Both the position numbers and the translations under genes were made by a program. 64,000 nt of DNA from Plasmodiophora brassicae (taxonomy: Eukaryota): contig CP145411.1 of the NCBI GenBank assembly GCA_036867785.1, positions 1,302,001 to 1,366,000 on the forward strand, read 5' to 3'. Of the stretch, positions 35,601-46,836 are shown piece by piece (the first letter of the stretch is position 1; every line of letters starts with the position of its first letter). The notes under the pieces are model-generated. The model had not been told where the DNA came from, did no database searches, and was given only the letters and a program-made list of their open reading frames with translations.

Positions 35601-38031
35601 CGCACCTTGGCGATCGGCGCGTCCGCCGGCGTCAGCATGGCGTCCGCGCCCATCACCGCCCCGTTGCACTGCCATCGCAGGCGCGTCGACGCCGCCATCG
35701 ACCCGGACACGGCGCCCAGCATCGTCATCGGGCTGTCGGCGTCGACGCAGGCCTGCGGGACGGCGCGCACCGACACCGACGCCGCGTCCACGTCGCCGCC
35801 GCTACCGCCGCACACGGTCACCGTCGTGGACGCCACCGCCCACCGATCGTCGTCGCCGGCGCCGCCCGTCGTGACGTTGACGCGCACGGCCAGGTCGACG
35901 CAGGCGCCGGCGACGCGGAAGAAGCCGGGCGGGAACGCGAGCAGGGGCGTGCGCAGCAGGCTGACGGCGCCGGACGGGTCGCAGGGCGCGCCGGTGCCGC
36001 CCATCGTGCACGCCCACGCGTACTGGAGCGGGGCGGCGCGCGCGTCCGGGTCGAACGAGGCCGACGCGTCCAGGGCGATGCGGGCGCCGGACACGGTCTG
36101 CCCGCCGCCGGCGATGACGGCGACCAGCGGCGAGCGCACGACCCGGACGACGACCGAGGCCGAGGCGACGACGCCCGACACGGTCGCCTGCACCGCGAAC
36201 ACGTACACGGCGCCGGCCCGCAGCATGCCCGCCTTGACCTGGCAGACCGGCGTCGTCGTCGACCAGGCCATCGTCGAGAGCGACGGCGGCGTCGCCATCG
36301 CCGTCGTCATCGCCCAGGCGTACTCGTACGGGTCGTCGGCGGGGGTGGTTGACGGGAGCGCGTCCGTCGTGCACGGCGTCGACGGCGTCACCCGGCTGAC
36401 CAGACGGAGCGGGTCGCCCGCCCGCACCGTCAGCGTCGTGCCGGCGCCGTCGATCGACACGAGCGGGACGGGGCGGCCCAGGACCTGGACGGTCCAGGTC
36501 GTCGACGACGAGGACGGCGTTGCGGTCGCGTCGGCGCCCACCACCGTCAGCGTCACCGTGACGTTCGTGCCGGGCGCCCGGGGCCACATTTGCATGGCGG
36601 CGCCCTGCGATTCGATGTGGACGCCGGGCAGCGTCGACGACCAGTAGTAGGCGGCGACGAGGCCGGTGGACCCGGCGCCCGACAGGCGCAACGCGTCGCA
36701 GGGGCCGATCGCCGTCGGCCCGTTGATGACGGCCTGCAGGCTGGGTCGAGGCGGCGCCGGCCCGCTGCTCGTGCCGACGTCGTCCTGCGCCGGCGCCGTC
36801 AGGTTGCGCACGTCGACGAACAGGGCCATGGTGACGTTGGCGCCCGGCCGCCCGGGCACGAAGGTCAGCACGGCGGACGACGACTTCGCCGACGACCAGA
36901 CGCCGACGAAGGCGGCGATGGACATGGCGTCGAGCGGGGCGTTGAACGGGCAGGTCGCCGTGACGGGGTCGCAGATGGACATCCAGGAGCCGGGCGGGGC
37001 GACCCAGGCCGGCACGGTCGCCTGCATGCGGATCTGGGTGCCCGGCGCCGCCTCCAGGCGCAGCACGACGGGGCCGGCGATCGGGGCGGCCACCGCCTTG
37101 ATCATGTAGTAGCCGAGGGCGTCCACTGAGCGGCACAGCGACCGCGTCCCGTTCGCCAGCGGGATCGGCGTCAGCGGGCAGGCCTTGGACGTGCGCAGCG
37201 GGGACACCATCGGCACTGGACAGATGGGGGCGGGTGCCCGGTCAGCAGTACTGTCCGGGCGGTCCCACCGCCCGACGTACCGAATCGCAGGGACAGGGTC
37301 CAGTGCTCGACCTCGGCGTCGGCCGGCGTGTACCGTATCGTGGCGAGGCGCTGCGACGCTTGGAACGCGGGCGCCAGCGCGGTCAGCTGCGTCGTGGCCC
37401 CCGTCGCCGGGTCGCTGACCAGGACGACCGGGGCGACCGTCGTCGCCGCCGACGACGACGTCAGCGTGAGCACGGGCAGGTACTGAGGCGGGGCTTCCAG
37501 CGCCATGGTGCACGCCGACGACCCGGACACGATCGGCAACGTCAACGACGGGTCGGCGAACGACAGCGAGCGCACGTCCGCACAGGTCAGCGACAGCGGC
37601 AGCGACAGCGGCAGCGGCACGGCCATCTGTACCGGGGGCGGCGTCGGCGCGGGCGACTGAACCTGCGGCGTCGGCGCGGGCGACAGGGCCTGCGGCGTTG
37701 GCGAGGGCGACAGGGCCTGCGGCGTTGGCGAGGGCGACTGGACCTTCGGCGTCGGCGAGGGTGACACCTTCGGCGTCGGCGAAGGTGACACCTGCGGCGT
37801 CGGCGAAGGTGACACCTGCGGCGTCGGCGAAGGTGACACCTGCGGCGTCGGCGAAGGTGACACCTGGGGCGTCGGCGAGGGCGACAGGACCTGGGGCGTC
37901 GGCGCGGGCGACGGGATCTGCGGCGCCGACGTTGTTAGGGTGGGCAACGGCTGCGCGGCCGACAGAGCATGCCGGCAGGACAGGAGGAGGGCGACGACGA
38001 CGGCCGCAACGTTCGAGCGCCGCGATCGCAT
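32673..38031 (-). CDS. Polycystin-1/PKDREJ-like receptor: signal peptide, Pro/Ser/Thr repeats, REJ, GAIN/GPS, several TM helices (introns about 37271-37127 and 34687-34626)
   Basis: LDASASFDPD..YAWAC, PPTRGTVTVYPEAGRAL..FTI..GWS, CACTHLTDF (GPS), SRPQRVLVL..ANMVLAALF. Confidence 0.8.
37640..37920 (-). repeat. 21/24-bp coding tandem repeat encoding (V/L)SPSPTPQ
   Basis: Units such as CGGCGTCGGCGAAGGTGACAC, about 11 copies. Confidence 0.9.
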
Positions 38032-38056
38032 GGGTCGAACAAGATTCCTCCTAGGT

Positions 38057-38057
<1 letters not shown>

Positions 38058-38095
<38 letters not shown>
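38058..38095 (+). repeat. 38-nt poly-G tract
   Basis: Uninterrupted G run 26 nt upstream of the minus-strand REJ gene ATG. Confidence 0.9.
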
Positions 38096-38096
<1 letters not shown>

Positions 38097-38233
38097 GGAG
38101 GGAGCGACACCCGACCCCACCTTAAGTGGGTATAGGACGGTACCGTGGTCGCGCTCCCCAGGTGTGTGCCGATCGGTGCAGGCGAGGTATCTGACAGGTA
38201 CACGGCGGCGCGGCGTACCACCATCTTCATTGG

Positions 38234-39742
38234 CTAATGGGGCGACGGGACGGCCGGCGAGTTCGCAGGGCCAGCAGGCGGCGCCGCCTCGCCTGTACCG
38301 GAGTCCGCCTCCCTGTGGTCCTCCTCGACCTCGACCTCCAGCGACGGGGCCGGCGGCCTCGGATGGCGACGCCGAGGGATCCTGTACAGGCCCATGCGCA
38401 GCTTGATGTAGGCGAGCGTTGCCGATGCGACGTCGACACCGGTGGCCGCCTCCAGGCCCTCGAACCCGGGCGACGAGTTGATCTCGCAGATCTTGTACCT
38501 ATGGAGGCGAACGGGGGGCACCATTAGTCGCTGTCGGACGGCCCCAAGCCAACGCGGATCGGGGATGGGCGCCGGCACTTACGTGTCCTTGTCGATGAGC
38601 AGGTCGATGCCGGCGACGTCCAATCCGGTTAGACGGGTCGCCTCCAGAACGAGCCACTCGACCTGCGGCGATATCGTCACCGGGCGTACGCTGCCGCCTT
38701 GATGGACGTTGGCTTTGAATCCTGAGCAGCCACGCCGCCCGATCGTCAGGTAAACGCGTTGACCGAACACACGCGCGCCACCACTAGCCGCACCTTTGTT
38801 GGCAACCCTCATCATGCAGGTGACGACGCGGCCGCCAACGACGAGGACGCGCAGGTCGCGGCCCTTGCTGTGCGCGAGGAACTCCTGAAAGATGAGCGGC
38901 TCCTTCGGGTCGAGCAGGTCGACGAGGTCCTCCAGGTTCTCGTGGTCCTTGACCAGGATGATGCCCTTGCCCTGCGACCCGGACGACTTCTTCACGATGA
39001 TCGGGTACTCGAACTGCGACTCGACCACCTTGAGGTTGATCGGGAACTTGGCCAGCAGCGTCTTGGCGATGGGCAGGCCGTGCGCCGCCATCACCTGCAT
39101 GGTCTGCAGCTTGTCCCTGGAGATCTCGATGCTCTGGCACCCGTTCAGCACGGTGACGCCCATCTTCTCGATCTGCCGGACGACGGCCAGCCCAAAGTAG
39201 TCGACGGCGGCGCCGGTGCGCACCAGGACGATGTCGGGCATCTCCACGTTGTACCCGTCGTACAGGATGTCCTCGAGGCCGTCCTTCGTCGCCAGCAACT
39301 CGAACTTGCCGGTGGCGACGACCTTCAGGACGATGTTGCGCGCGAACGACGCCTCCCACAGGCGCCGCTTGACGTACCCGGTGACGCCGTCGTCGCGACA
39401 CAGGCACCAGACGGTCAGGGCGGGCTCGTCGAGCGTCTGCCCGTAGAAGGCGGCGTCCTCGGCGTTCAGGAACAGGACGGACGGGCCGCAGTGCCGCGGG
39501 CGCAGGCCGAACCTCGTGAAGTGGGCCGGCACCCTGACGGGGATCGTGCCGAACGCCGCGTACGTGTCGGTGGCCGGGGCCGCCTCCACCACGGTCGTCG
39601 GCAGGCGACCCAGCGGCGAATTGCCGGTCTTGACCCAGACGACGGGATCGCGCGCGCTGTCGTCGGCGACCACGGACACGGCCGGCGACGGCACCATGCT
39701 GGTCACCGCCGACGACAGCGCCTCGTGAACGTCATCGTCCAT
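38234..39742 (-). CDS. RimK-family ATP-grasp ligase (2 introns)
   Basis: PDIVLVRTG, ISRDKLQT, YPIIVKKSSGSQGKGI, IFQEFL..GRDLRVLVVGG, ANVHQGG, LDVAGIDLL, CEINSSPGFEGLE. Confidence 0.9.
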
Positions 39743-40312
39743 CAACGTGCGCCTGCGTCTGGCGTATAGGTCGGTCGGTCGGTCGGCCGCCCACCACCCC
39801 ACCACCCGGGATCAGAACGGCGTCGTCGCCCGCGGGCCGACCCTTCGGCGGCGATCGGGGCCCCCCTCCCGCAACTGCAGTCGACGACCACTGCCGTCTG
39901 CTGACTCTGACGACCCGCGGGACTGGGCCGGGGGAGGACCGGGCGCCGTCCGCAACCCGCAAGTCCGCCGCCGCATCCGCATCCCGTCCGGCCTGCTATT
40001 ATACGCTGTGCCATCTATACGTCCTAGACAACATGGATCGACTGTGGGGAAACGCCTTCAGGCAAGATGGCGTGCTGCCGGATCACTGGTTGGAGGGGGG
40101 GATGAGACCCGGATCCGATCAGTGCTCGGATCGTGAAGCGAGGGGACATGGTGACCAGCGGTGGCGACCGTGACGTCACGGGCGGCGACTGGCACTCGGC
40201 CCGTCAGCGCGGAAGCCCACCGACCCCGTTGACGTCATTCGCGATTCGAGCTATTGCTACCGACACACACGCACACGCGCGTAGGAGGCACACCGCGGTG
40301 CGCGCGAGCGAC

Positions 40313-40633
40313 ATGCCACGTCCGTCGTCCTCACTGCTGGGCCAGCGGCCGTACAACTGGACGTGGGCGGACCTGGCCATGATACAGGAGTTCGAGGAGC
40401 GGGAACGACGGGCTGCCGCTGAGGCGCTGGCCGGCGGCGAACGCGACGAGAACGGCAACGTTCGGCTGCCACCCGACGTCGTCACGCTGTGGGACCCGAT
40501 AAACCAGCGGTGGCGCTCGACGGAGGAGCTGACAGCTATGGGCCTCACTGGTGCACCCGGGTACAGCAACGAGGCGCGTACGGCGACCGCGCCCGGCACC
40601 GAAGCCGGCGAGTCGCCCGACCCATGCGAATGA
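40313..40633 (+). CDS. Small hypothetical protein
   Basis: ATG-started 106-aa ORF with GC3-biased codons, followed by an AT/CA-rich 3' region like neighbouring genes. Confidence 0.5.
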   Translation: MPRPSSSLLGQRPYNWTWADLAMIQEFEERERRAAAEALAGGERDENGNVRLPPDVVTLWDPINQRWRSTEELTAMGLTGAPGYSNEARTATAPGTEAGESPDPCE

Positions 40634-40949
40634 ATACGTAACAGAAATACGCACACACATGCACACCTATGCTGCCATCCCAATGGACTATCTTCAGCTG
40701 TTGATTCTAGAACGCTCCCGACAAAGTTGTGCGTGTCTGGGGAGCAGGGGGCGCCCAGTACGTCTCCGGAACAGAGCGGGCCCTAGCGAAGAAGACAGCC
40801 CAGCCGGCGATAACGTCGCCCAGCAGATAGTCCCAGTTATTTGTTGCCCGAGGCCCCCCAGCACATCGCAACGGTCAGGCGGCAGAGATTGATCTCGGGA
40901 CCGATCTCTGGGGGCGGGTCGATCCGTTGCCCGTCCAGTAGTATTGTAA

Positions 40950-41279
40950 ATGTTGGCCAGGCGTGCTGTCCCGTGTAGGCGCTGGGCGCCGCGGCGCCAG
41001 GCGTCCCTAGACGTGGAGGAGCAGGGCAGACAGTATCGGGCGTTCCTGCGCCGTGTCTACTACGTCCAGAAAGCGTACGCGCGTATCCTTCTCGCGCGCG
41101 GGTATTCGCCGGCCCAGATCGTCGACCTCGTCGACCGTGTCGTGCTGGAGGGCGCGGAACCCATCGTCGACGTACGCGAGCTCGAGGACCGCATCATCTT
41201 CGAACGTCTACGCGACCTGCGTATCGCCTACTTTGGACTGGCCAACGAAGACACCGAACGGCATGGCAGTCTCACCTGA
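40950..41279 (+). CDS. Small hypothetical protein, possible mitochondrial presequence
   Basis: Arg-rich, acid-free N-terminus (MLARRAVPCRRWAPRRQ) followed by a helical domain. Confidence 0.5.
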   Translation: MLARRAVPCRRWAPRRQASLDVEEQGRQYRAFLRRVYYVQKAYARILLARGYSPAQIVDLVDRVVLEGAEPIVDVRELEDRIIFERLRDLRIAYFGLANEDTERHGSLT

Positions 41280-41488
41280 CGTCGCACACACACACACACA
41301 CACACCAGCTAACATCCCCAGGATCTATCCGATGATATTAATATACAGCAAGTAGTAGCACGAGCGACAGTTTCGTCCAGGTAGACCTTTGGCGGCACCA
41401 TTCCGCTGGACCATGTGAGAGGCAGATATTTCAGGAGAGGTCGTCGATATCGGGTAGCTGGGCGGCACAACGGATCCGGCGCCGTGCG

Positions 41489-43447
41489 ATGAGCCTGTTC
41501 GCGTATAAGACTGTGACGAAGGGGGCGCCGGCGACCGCTGCAGTCCCGGTCGCGTTGCCGCACCTGACTCGACCCGACCGAGACCAGGCCGCACGCCGAG
41601 GCCCCGATTTCGCCAGTACCGCCCGTATTCGCCCAAGCAGGCATGTCGACCTGGAACGCACCATCATGTATGGCACGGGCGTGCAGCCGGTGCAGGGCAG
41701 GGCGTTGAACGACCGGGCGGGTGCGTGGCAGATGTGCACACGCGAGGCAGGCCGCCGTGCGGTTCACGCGCGAGTTGCACCGGGAACGCGGCCACGCCGA
41801 GCTGGGCATGAGGCAGATGAGGAATCGGTACCGTACCAAGATGCACCATATCGTCGACATGCAGAAGCGTATCCCACCTCCGGTACGTGGCGTGCCGCCG
41901 ATGAATCAGTCGCCGCGTCTGATACCGGCCAGCTAGGACTTCTTCCTGAACCAGGTCCAGGGATGGCACCGTCGCTGCCAGGACTTGCAGAAACTTCTCG
42001 ACGGGCAGCACAAGATTGGGGAGACGCAGGCAGGCGCGTTCGACGAAGAGCTACGTTCGTGGCAGGACAGAGTCGGCCACTTACAGCAGCGAATTGCGGC
42101 CTACGATGAAGAGGCCAGACGAGAACAACCGCCGGTTGCAGGTAAACAACGCGCCTGGTAAGCGTATGTGCCATTGACCACCCGCAGATGAAGACGAACA
42201 AGAGGAGCGCACTCGGCAGGCCATGACGACGTCAGAAGTGGAACCCCCGCCCGAAAGAGACGACGTCGTCCTAGGCCAGGGCAGCATCGACTCAGACCCG
42301 GATATGATCCCGGAGGAGGAAGATGAGCAGCAGCAGCGGCAAGACGGCAGTATCGAGGGCAGCGATGAGCATGAACGGAGCAGCGACAACATTTCAGAGA
42401 TGACCAGTGGGCGTTCATCGGGAAGCGATCCCGACGATGACGCCTCCGCCGCCGCCGACGACGACGACAGAGATGACGGCAGCGCATCGGCGTCAACAAG
42501 GCTGTCGTCGTTGAATACCGACGCTGACGACGGCGAATCTGTCAGTGACGTGTCAGAGCCTGTCATTGCTGTTACAGAGGAGCCGGAACCCGATCCGGTG
42601 CCCGTTCAGCAGGCGCGACGTTCGTCTAAAAGCATCCCCCGGCACCCATCGATCATGGCGCTGGAATCCATGCGCAAGTCGCAGGTGGACCTAGCGCGCA
42701 ACGCCCAGGCCGAATACGAACGGTGGACGCAGAGGCAGGCCCGTATCGCCAGCGAGGTCGCCAAGCTGCGCAGCGTGCGCCTGACGCACCTGCACAAGGT
42801 GCGTGCTGGGCAACAACGCGTGCCTGCCACCGCTCATTCCCCTCCCCTCCGTCGCAGACGCTCCAGGAGCTTCGATCCACCGCCCGGGCCGTCGACAGCG
42901 ACGTGCAGGCGGCGCAGGCCTCGTTGGAGGCCGCCGTCAGCGAGTGCGCCGACATCACCGACCGCCAGAACGCCATCCTCGCCGACATCGACGCCATCGG
43001 CCGCAAACGTGTCGAGTTCGCCGAGGTCGGCACCGTCCAGCAGAGCGAACGCCACCAGGCGGAATTCGTAAGCCGTATCAGCGCGCGCATCCCCCACAAC
43101 ACTGCTTGCTGATCACGCCTGACCGCGAACAGTTGGGTCGACGTCTCCGCGCCGAGTTCGGCGAGGCACTGCGACACCTGGCGCCGCTGCTGAACACGTT
43201 CAGCACGGGGTCCGACCAGCTGAACGTGCTGGTCACGTGCCCGGTCTGCCTGCAGACGCTGCGCTGCCCGATGATGGATTTCGACGCGCGCCAGTTCCGC
43301 TGCCAGGCGTGCCTGGGCCGGGACCCGTCGGTGCCGGCCGTCACCTGCGCCGAGCTCGAGAACTTCCTGTCCCGGATGGACGTCCTCCAGACGCACATCG
43401 CCGGCATCCGCCAGATGCAACGAAACGTCGCCGCGCGCATCCTCTGA
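41489..43447 (+). CDS. Hypothetical coiled-coil protein with acidic region and C-terminal CxxC..CxxC, multi-exon
   Basis: ORF segments can be joined by GT-AG introns. Contains TCPVCLQ...CQAC. Confidence 0.5.
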
Positions 43448-43522
43448 TGATCGTCGGCCGGCATATTCGGTGTTTGTATCATAACGAATAGGTTAATGGA
43501 CGGGCGGCCGGCCCTGCTACGG

Positions 43523-44832
43523 TCATTTCACAGCGCAGGCGTCCGATTGCTGTTGTGCGCTGCCATCGCTGCTGCTGGATTCGGAGCCGTCAAAGTTGAA
43601 CTCCTTCTTCATGTCGGCGATGTGGCCCTGGACCTCGATCTGCTTCCGCTTCGCCTCCTCGAGGTCGGAGGCGGCGCCGTCGGCATCGTACGCGTCGAAG
43701 AAGAGCTCGACGTAGAAGTTCGGGCACTTCTTGTCCTTGTTGATCTTGTCGAGGTCCTCCTTCGCCAGGCGCACGTACCCGTGCTTGATGAACTGCGTGT
43801 TGATCCAGAACGAGAACCGGTGGATCCGGGTCAGCAGGTAGTTCATCGTGAACTTCACCTGCACGTCCTTGGCCAGCAGCACGTGGACCGGTTCCAGGTC
43901 GGCCGTCGTCGCATCCGACCGCAGCGTCCGCCAGGCGTGCCGCCAGGTCTCCGACGAGTAGTCCCCGGTCGTCTCACAGCTGATCTGGATGCCGTCGAAC
44001 CGAGGCACGCCGTCGCTGCAGACGATCCTCATGAGGCGCATCGGGTCCGGCGCGGGCAACTGCCTGCCGGCCTTCTGCAGCGCCATGAACTCCTCGTAGT
44101 AGTAGACCCATCGGCGCTGGCTCGGGATCGTCACGCCTTTGCTGTTGAACGTGCGCACGAACCCGTAGTAGCTGGACGACGTGCAGCGTCAGCGGGCGGG
44201 CGCCATGCGCGTGCGTGCCCCCGCACCGTACGTACCTGAGCGCCTGCGCCGCATGCTTCCACATGCCGCAGTACAGCAGGTACGTGGCGATCGTGACGCC
44301 GGTGCGCCCCTTGCCGGCTTTGCAGTGGATGACGACAATGTTCTCGGGGTCGGCGTTCAGCCACTGGTGGACGTCTTCGAGGAAGACGGTCATCCGGTCG
44401 AACGCCGGGCACGCGTGGTCGTCGAAAGGGAACCGCATGGCGCGGTTCTGGAATTTGCCGATGTCGTAGGAGCGCTCCGAGCAGAGGTTGTACACCTTGT
44501 AGTGGCCCTTATGCCTGGCCTCCAGGAACATTTGCACGTCCTTCATGTCGTTCCTGTACATGGCCTCGATGCCCTGCGATGGGAACCCCCTGCGAATTGC
44601 ATCGTCTCAGCGAGGAAGTCGCAAACGACGGGCGGGCGCGTGCGTACATGGCGATAATCCGGTCGGTGATGTACGTCAGGTCGAGGTCGAATCCGTCCGC
44701 GACGAACCTCCTCTTCTGCTTCGACACTTTGGCTTTGAGTGAGTTCAGGCCGCGCGAATGCGACTCCTTCTTGTCGGCGTCGAATTTGGCGAGCTGGGCC
44801 TTGCCCTGGGCCAGTATGGCCTCCTGGTCCAT
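43523..44832 (-). CDS. PTEN: PTEN-like phosphoinositide phosphatase (2 introns)
   Basis: VSKQKRRF..GFDLDLTYITDRIIAM, YKVYNLCSERSY, HCKAGKGRTG, GVTIPSQRRWVYY, and a C2 domain. Confidence 0.93.
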
Positions 44833-45201
44833 AACGGCCGGGGTGACCGGGCGCCCCCGACGTCGACGGCGCCGTCGATCACGCTGATCGACGAGGTCTG
44901 ATGTGTGACTAGATGCGGATCTGGGCCACTGTTGTACCGCCGCCGCTGCTGGTGCTGCTTGTGGTGGTGGTGGGCGGTTCTCCTTCGATCGCGACGCCAG
45001 ACAGCAGGTCGCCTGACCCGGCGCCCCGGACGACATGCGCCGCGCCACCACCAATTCCACTATGCCCGGCGCAGGGGTGCCTTGATCGCCAGGCGCGCAC
45101 ACAGACGTCACTGACCACATCGGGACGCGGACGAGCCCACAATTAATCCAGACCATTCCCGAACATGGGCGGGGTCGGCCCCGGTCCGTGTTTTCATTTA
45201 G

Positions 45202-46449
45202 TCAGGTCAGTGGCACGCCGCACACGTTCGTCGGGTCCGCCTGGCACGCCGGGCAGGCGAGCGCGTGCGAATCGCGCGCCTGCCGCTGGAACCAGGGGCG
45301 CGCGCATTCCCAATGGAGCACGTCCCAGCACGGGTGCAGGATCGCCAGGTGCTGCCCAGGCCCGATGTGCGACAGTTTCTGCCGGCAGACGGCGCACGCC
45401 CCGTCCCCGGTGGGCACCGTCGACGTCAGCGTTAGCTGGTCCATCAGCGCGTGCAACCGCCGAGACGCGGTCAGCGTCAGCACGCCATCGTCGCCGTCGT
45501 CGTCCTCAGCGTCGCTGATGGCGGCCTCTCCTGCGTCATCGGCCTCCATGCTGCCGTAGAGTAGGTCGGTAGCAAGATCGACCTCCGGGTCGTTCAGGCA
45601 CCCGATGCGATCCAGCAATTCGTGAGGCAGTTCTCCCTGAGGACCGCGCTCGATCAACGGGTCCAACGCGAACGGGAAGTCGAGCAGCAGCGGCACCAGG
45701 TGATAGTTTCGGCGGCGGACGGCCTCGTAGAGCACGGACCCGTGCCTGCGCGTCGCCTTGCATGATACCTGAAGGCGTGCCAGGACGTGGACGGCGCGCT
45801 TGGCCCGTACCTTGTCGGGCAGACCAGCCACAGCCATTGGCAATGACGTGTTCCCCGACAGGACGTCGTGGCCGTGGTCGTAGAACAGCTTCATGGCCAG
45901 GCGAATGGGCTGGGTGGTCGGGTCGGCATCCAGGGCGTTGACCAGGGCTCTGGGTCGCCTCGCATCACTGAGGACGACGTCGACAGAGGCAAAGGCCCGG
46001 TGCCAGCGGATATCAGGGCCGTTCAGCGTATCACGAAGAGCGCCCATTACCGGGTCGGGGATGTCAAACAGGGCACCGTTGAAGTGTCGCAGGAGGGCAT
46101 GGCTCTCCCGGGCCGTTAACGTGAACTGATCATCCGGGCCGATCCACGAGACATCGCCAGTCAAACGGACCAGAGTGCACCTGGCCGTCACGTCCTGTCG
46201 AATCATCCAGGCTTCCAGATCATCGCTTGTCATGCGGATTTCGCCGAGAGAGTCGTCGCCAGGTAATGCGGTTTCGTTGACAGCAGGCAGCTCGACCCGA
46301 TCCGAGTGCATTCGCCGCTTCGCAATCGGCAGCGAGGCATCAACGCAGGACAAGGAACGTCCGTGCTTCCCTCTGGCACCGTCGACGACGCATCGGACGT
46401 CCAGAACAAACACGACAAAGAGAAAGCCGAACGCACCGATCGGTACCAT
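45202..46449 (-). CDS. Secreted RING-finger family, copy 1
   Basis: Hydrophobic N-terminus, basic motif, shared DDQFTLTAR.S.ALLRHFN domain, ankyrin-like LYEAV..NYHLVPLLL, and C-terminal RING. Confidence 0.85.
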   Translation of the reverse strand: MVPIGAFGFLFVVFVLDVRCVVDGARGKHGRSLSCVDASLPIAKRRMHSDRVELPAVNETALPGDDSLGEIRMTSDDLEAWMIRQDVTARCTLVRLTGDVSWIGPDDQFTLTARESHALLRHFNGALFDIPDPVMGALRDTLNGPDIRWHRAFASVDVVLSDARRPRALVNALDADPTTQPIRLAMKLFYDHGHDVLSGNTSLPMAVAGLPDKVRAKRAVHVLARLQVSCKATRRHGSVLYEAVRRRNYHLVPLLLDFPFALDPLIERGPQGELPHELLDRIGCLNDPEVDLATDLLYGSMEADDAGEAAISDAEDDDGDDGVLTLTASRRLHALMDQLTLTSTVPTGDGACAVCRQKLSHIGPGQHLAILHPCWDVLHWECARPWFQRQARDSHALACPACQADPTNVCGVPLT

Positions 46450-46836
46450 GTCGATTGATTTGCGGGGCCGGTGTGCGGCTCACGGCGACCCCGCTGCAGC
46501 AGCGGCGAACTGCGCCGCGGATCGCACTTTTCTGCGCAACGCGCTTTGTACGATGACACCTCGTACGTTACAGTACGTGCCGGTGCACAACAGGCGTCAC
46601 CGCATCAACTATTGCACCATGGCAGGTCGCGAGTTGAACTCTGGTGCGCCCCGGTAGCCCGTTGACGCTAAACGTGCGTCTTGCATGGCGCGCATTGCCA
46701 GGATTCAGGTCGCACCTCTTTCCATGTGTGGTGCGGAGAAATACGTCATTACAATCATGTCAGACTCCAATGGAACGTATCGTCTGGGCGGTATGTAGAC
46801 AGCAATACCGTGAAGAGGGTCAGGCGTGTACGCACG

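Noticed and set aside
32595-37136. Several long overlapping ORFs (e.g. 32595-34691 +, 34628-36352 +)
   Set aside because: Shadow ORFs caused by very high GC3 of the REJ/GPS gene; the translations are low-complexity Arg/Gly/Ala.
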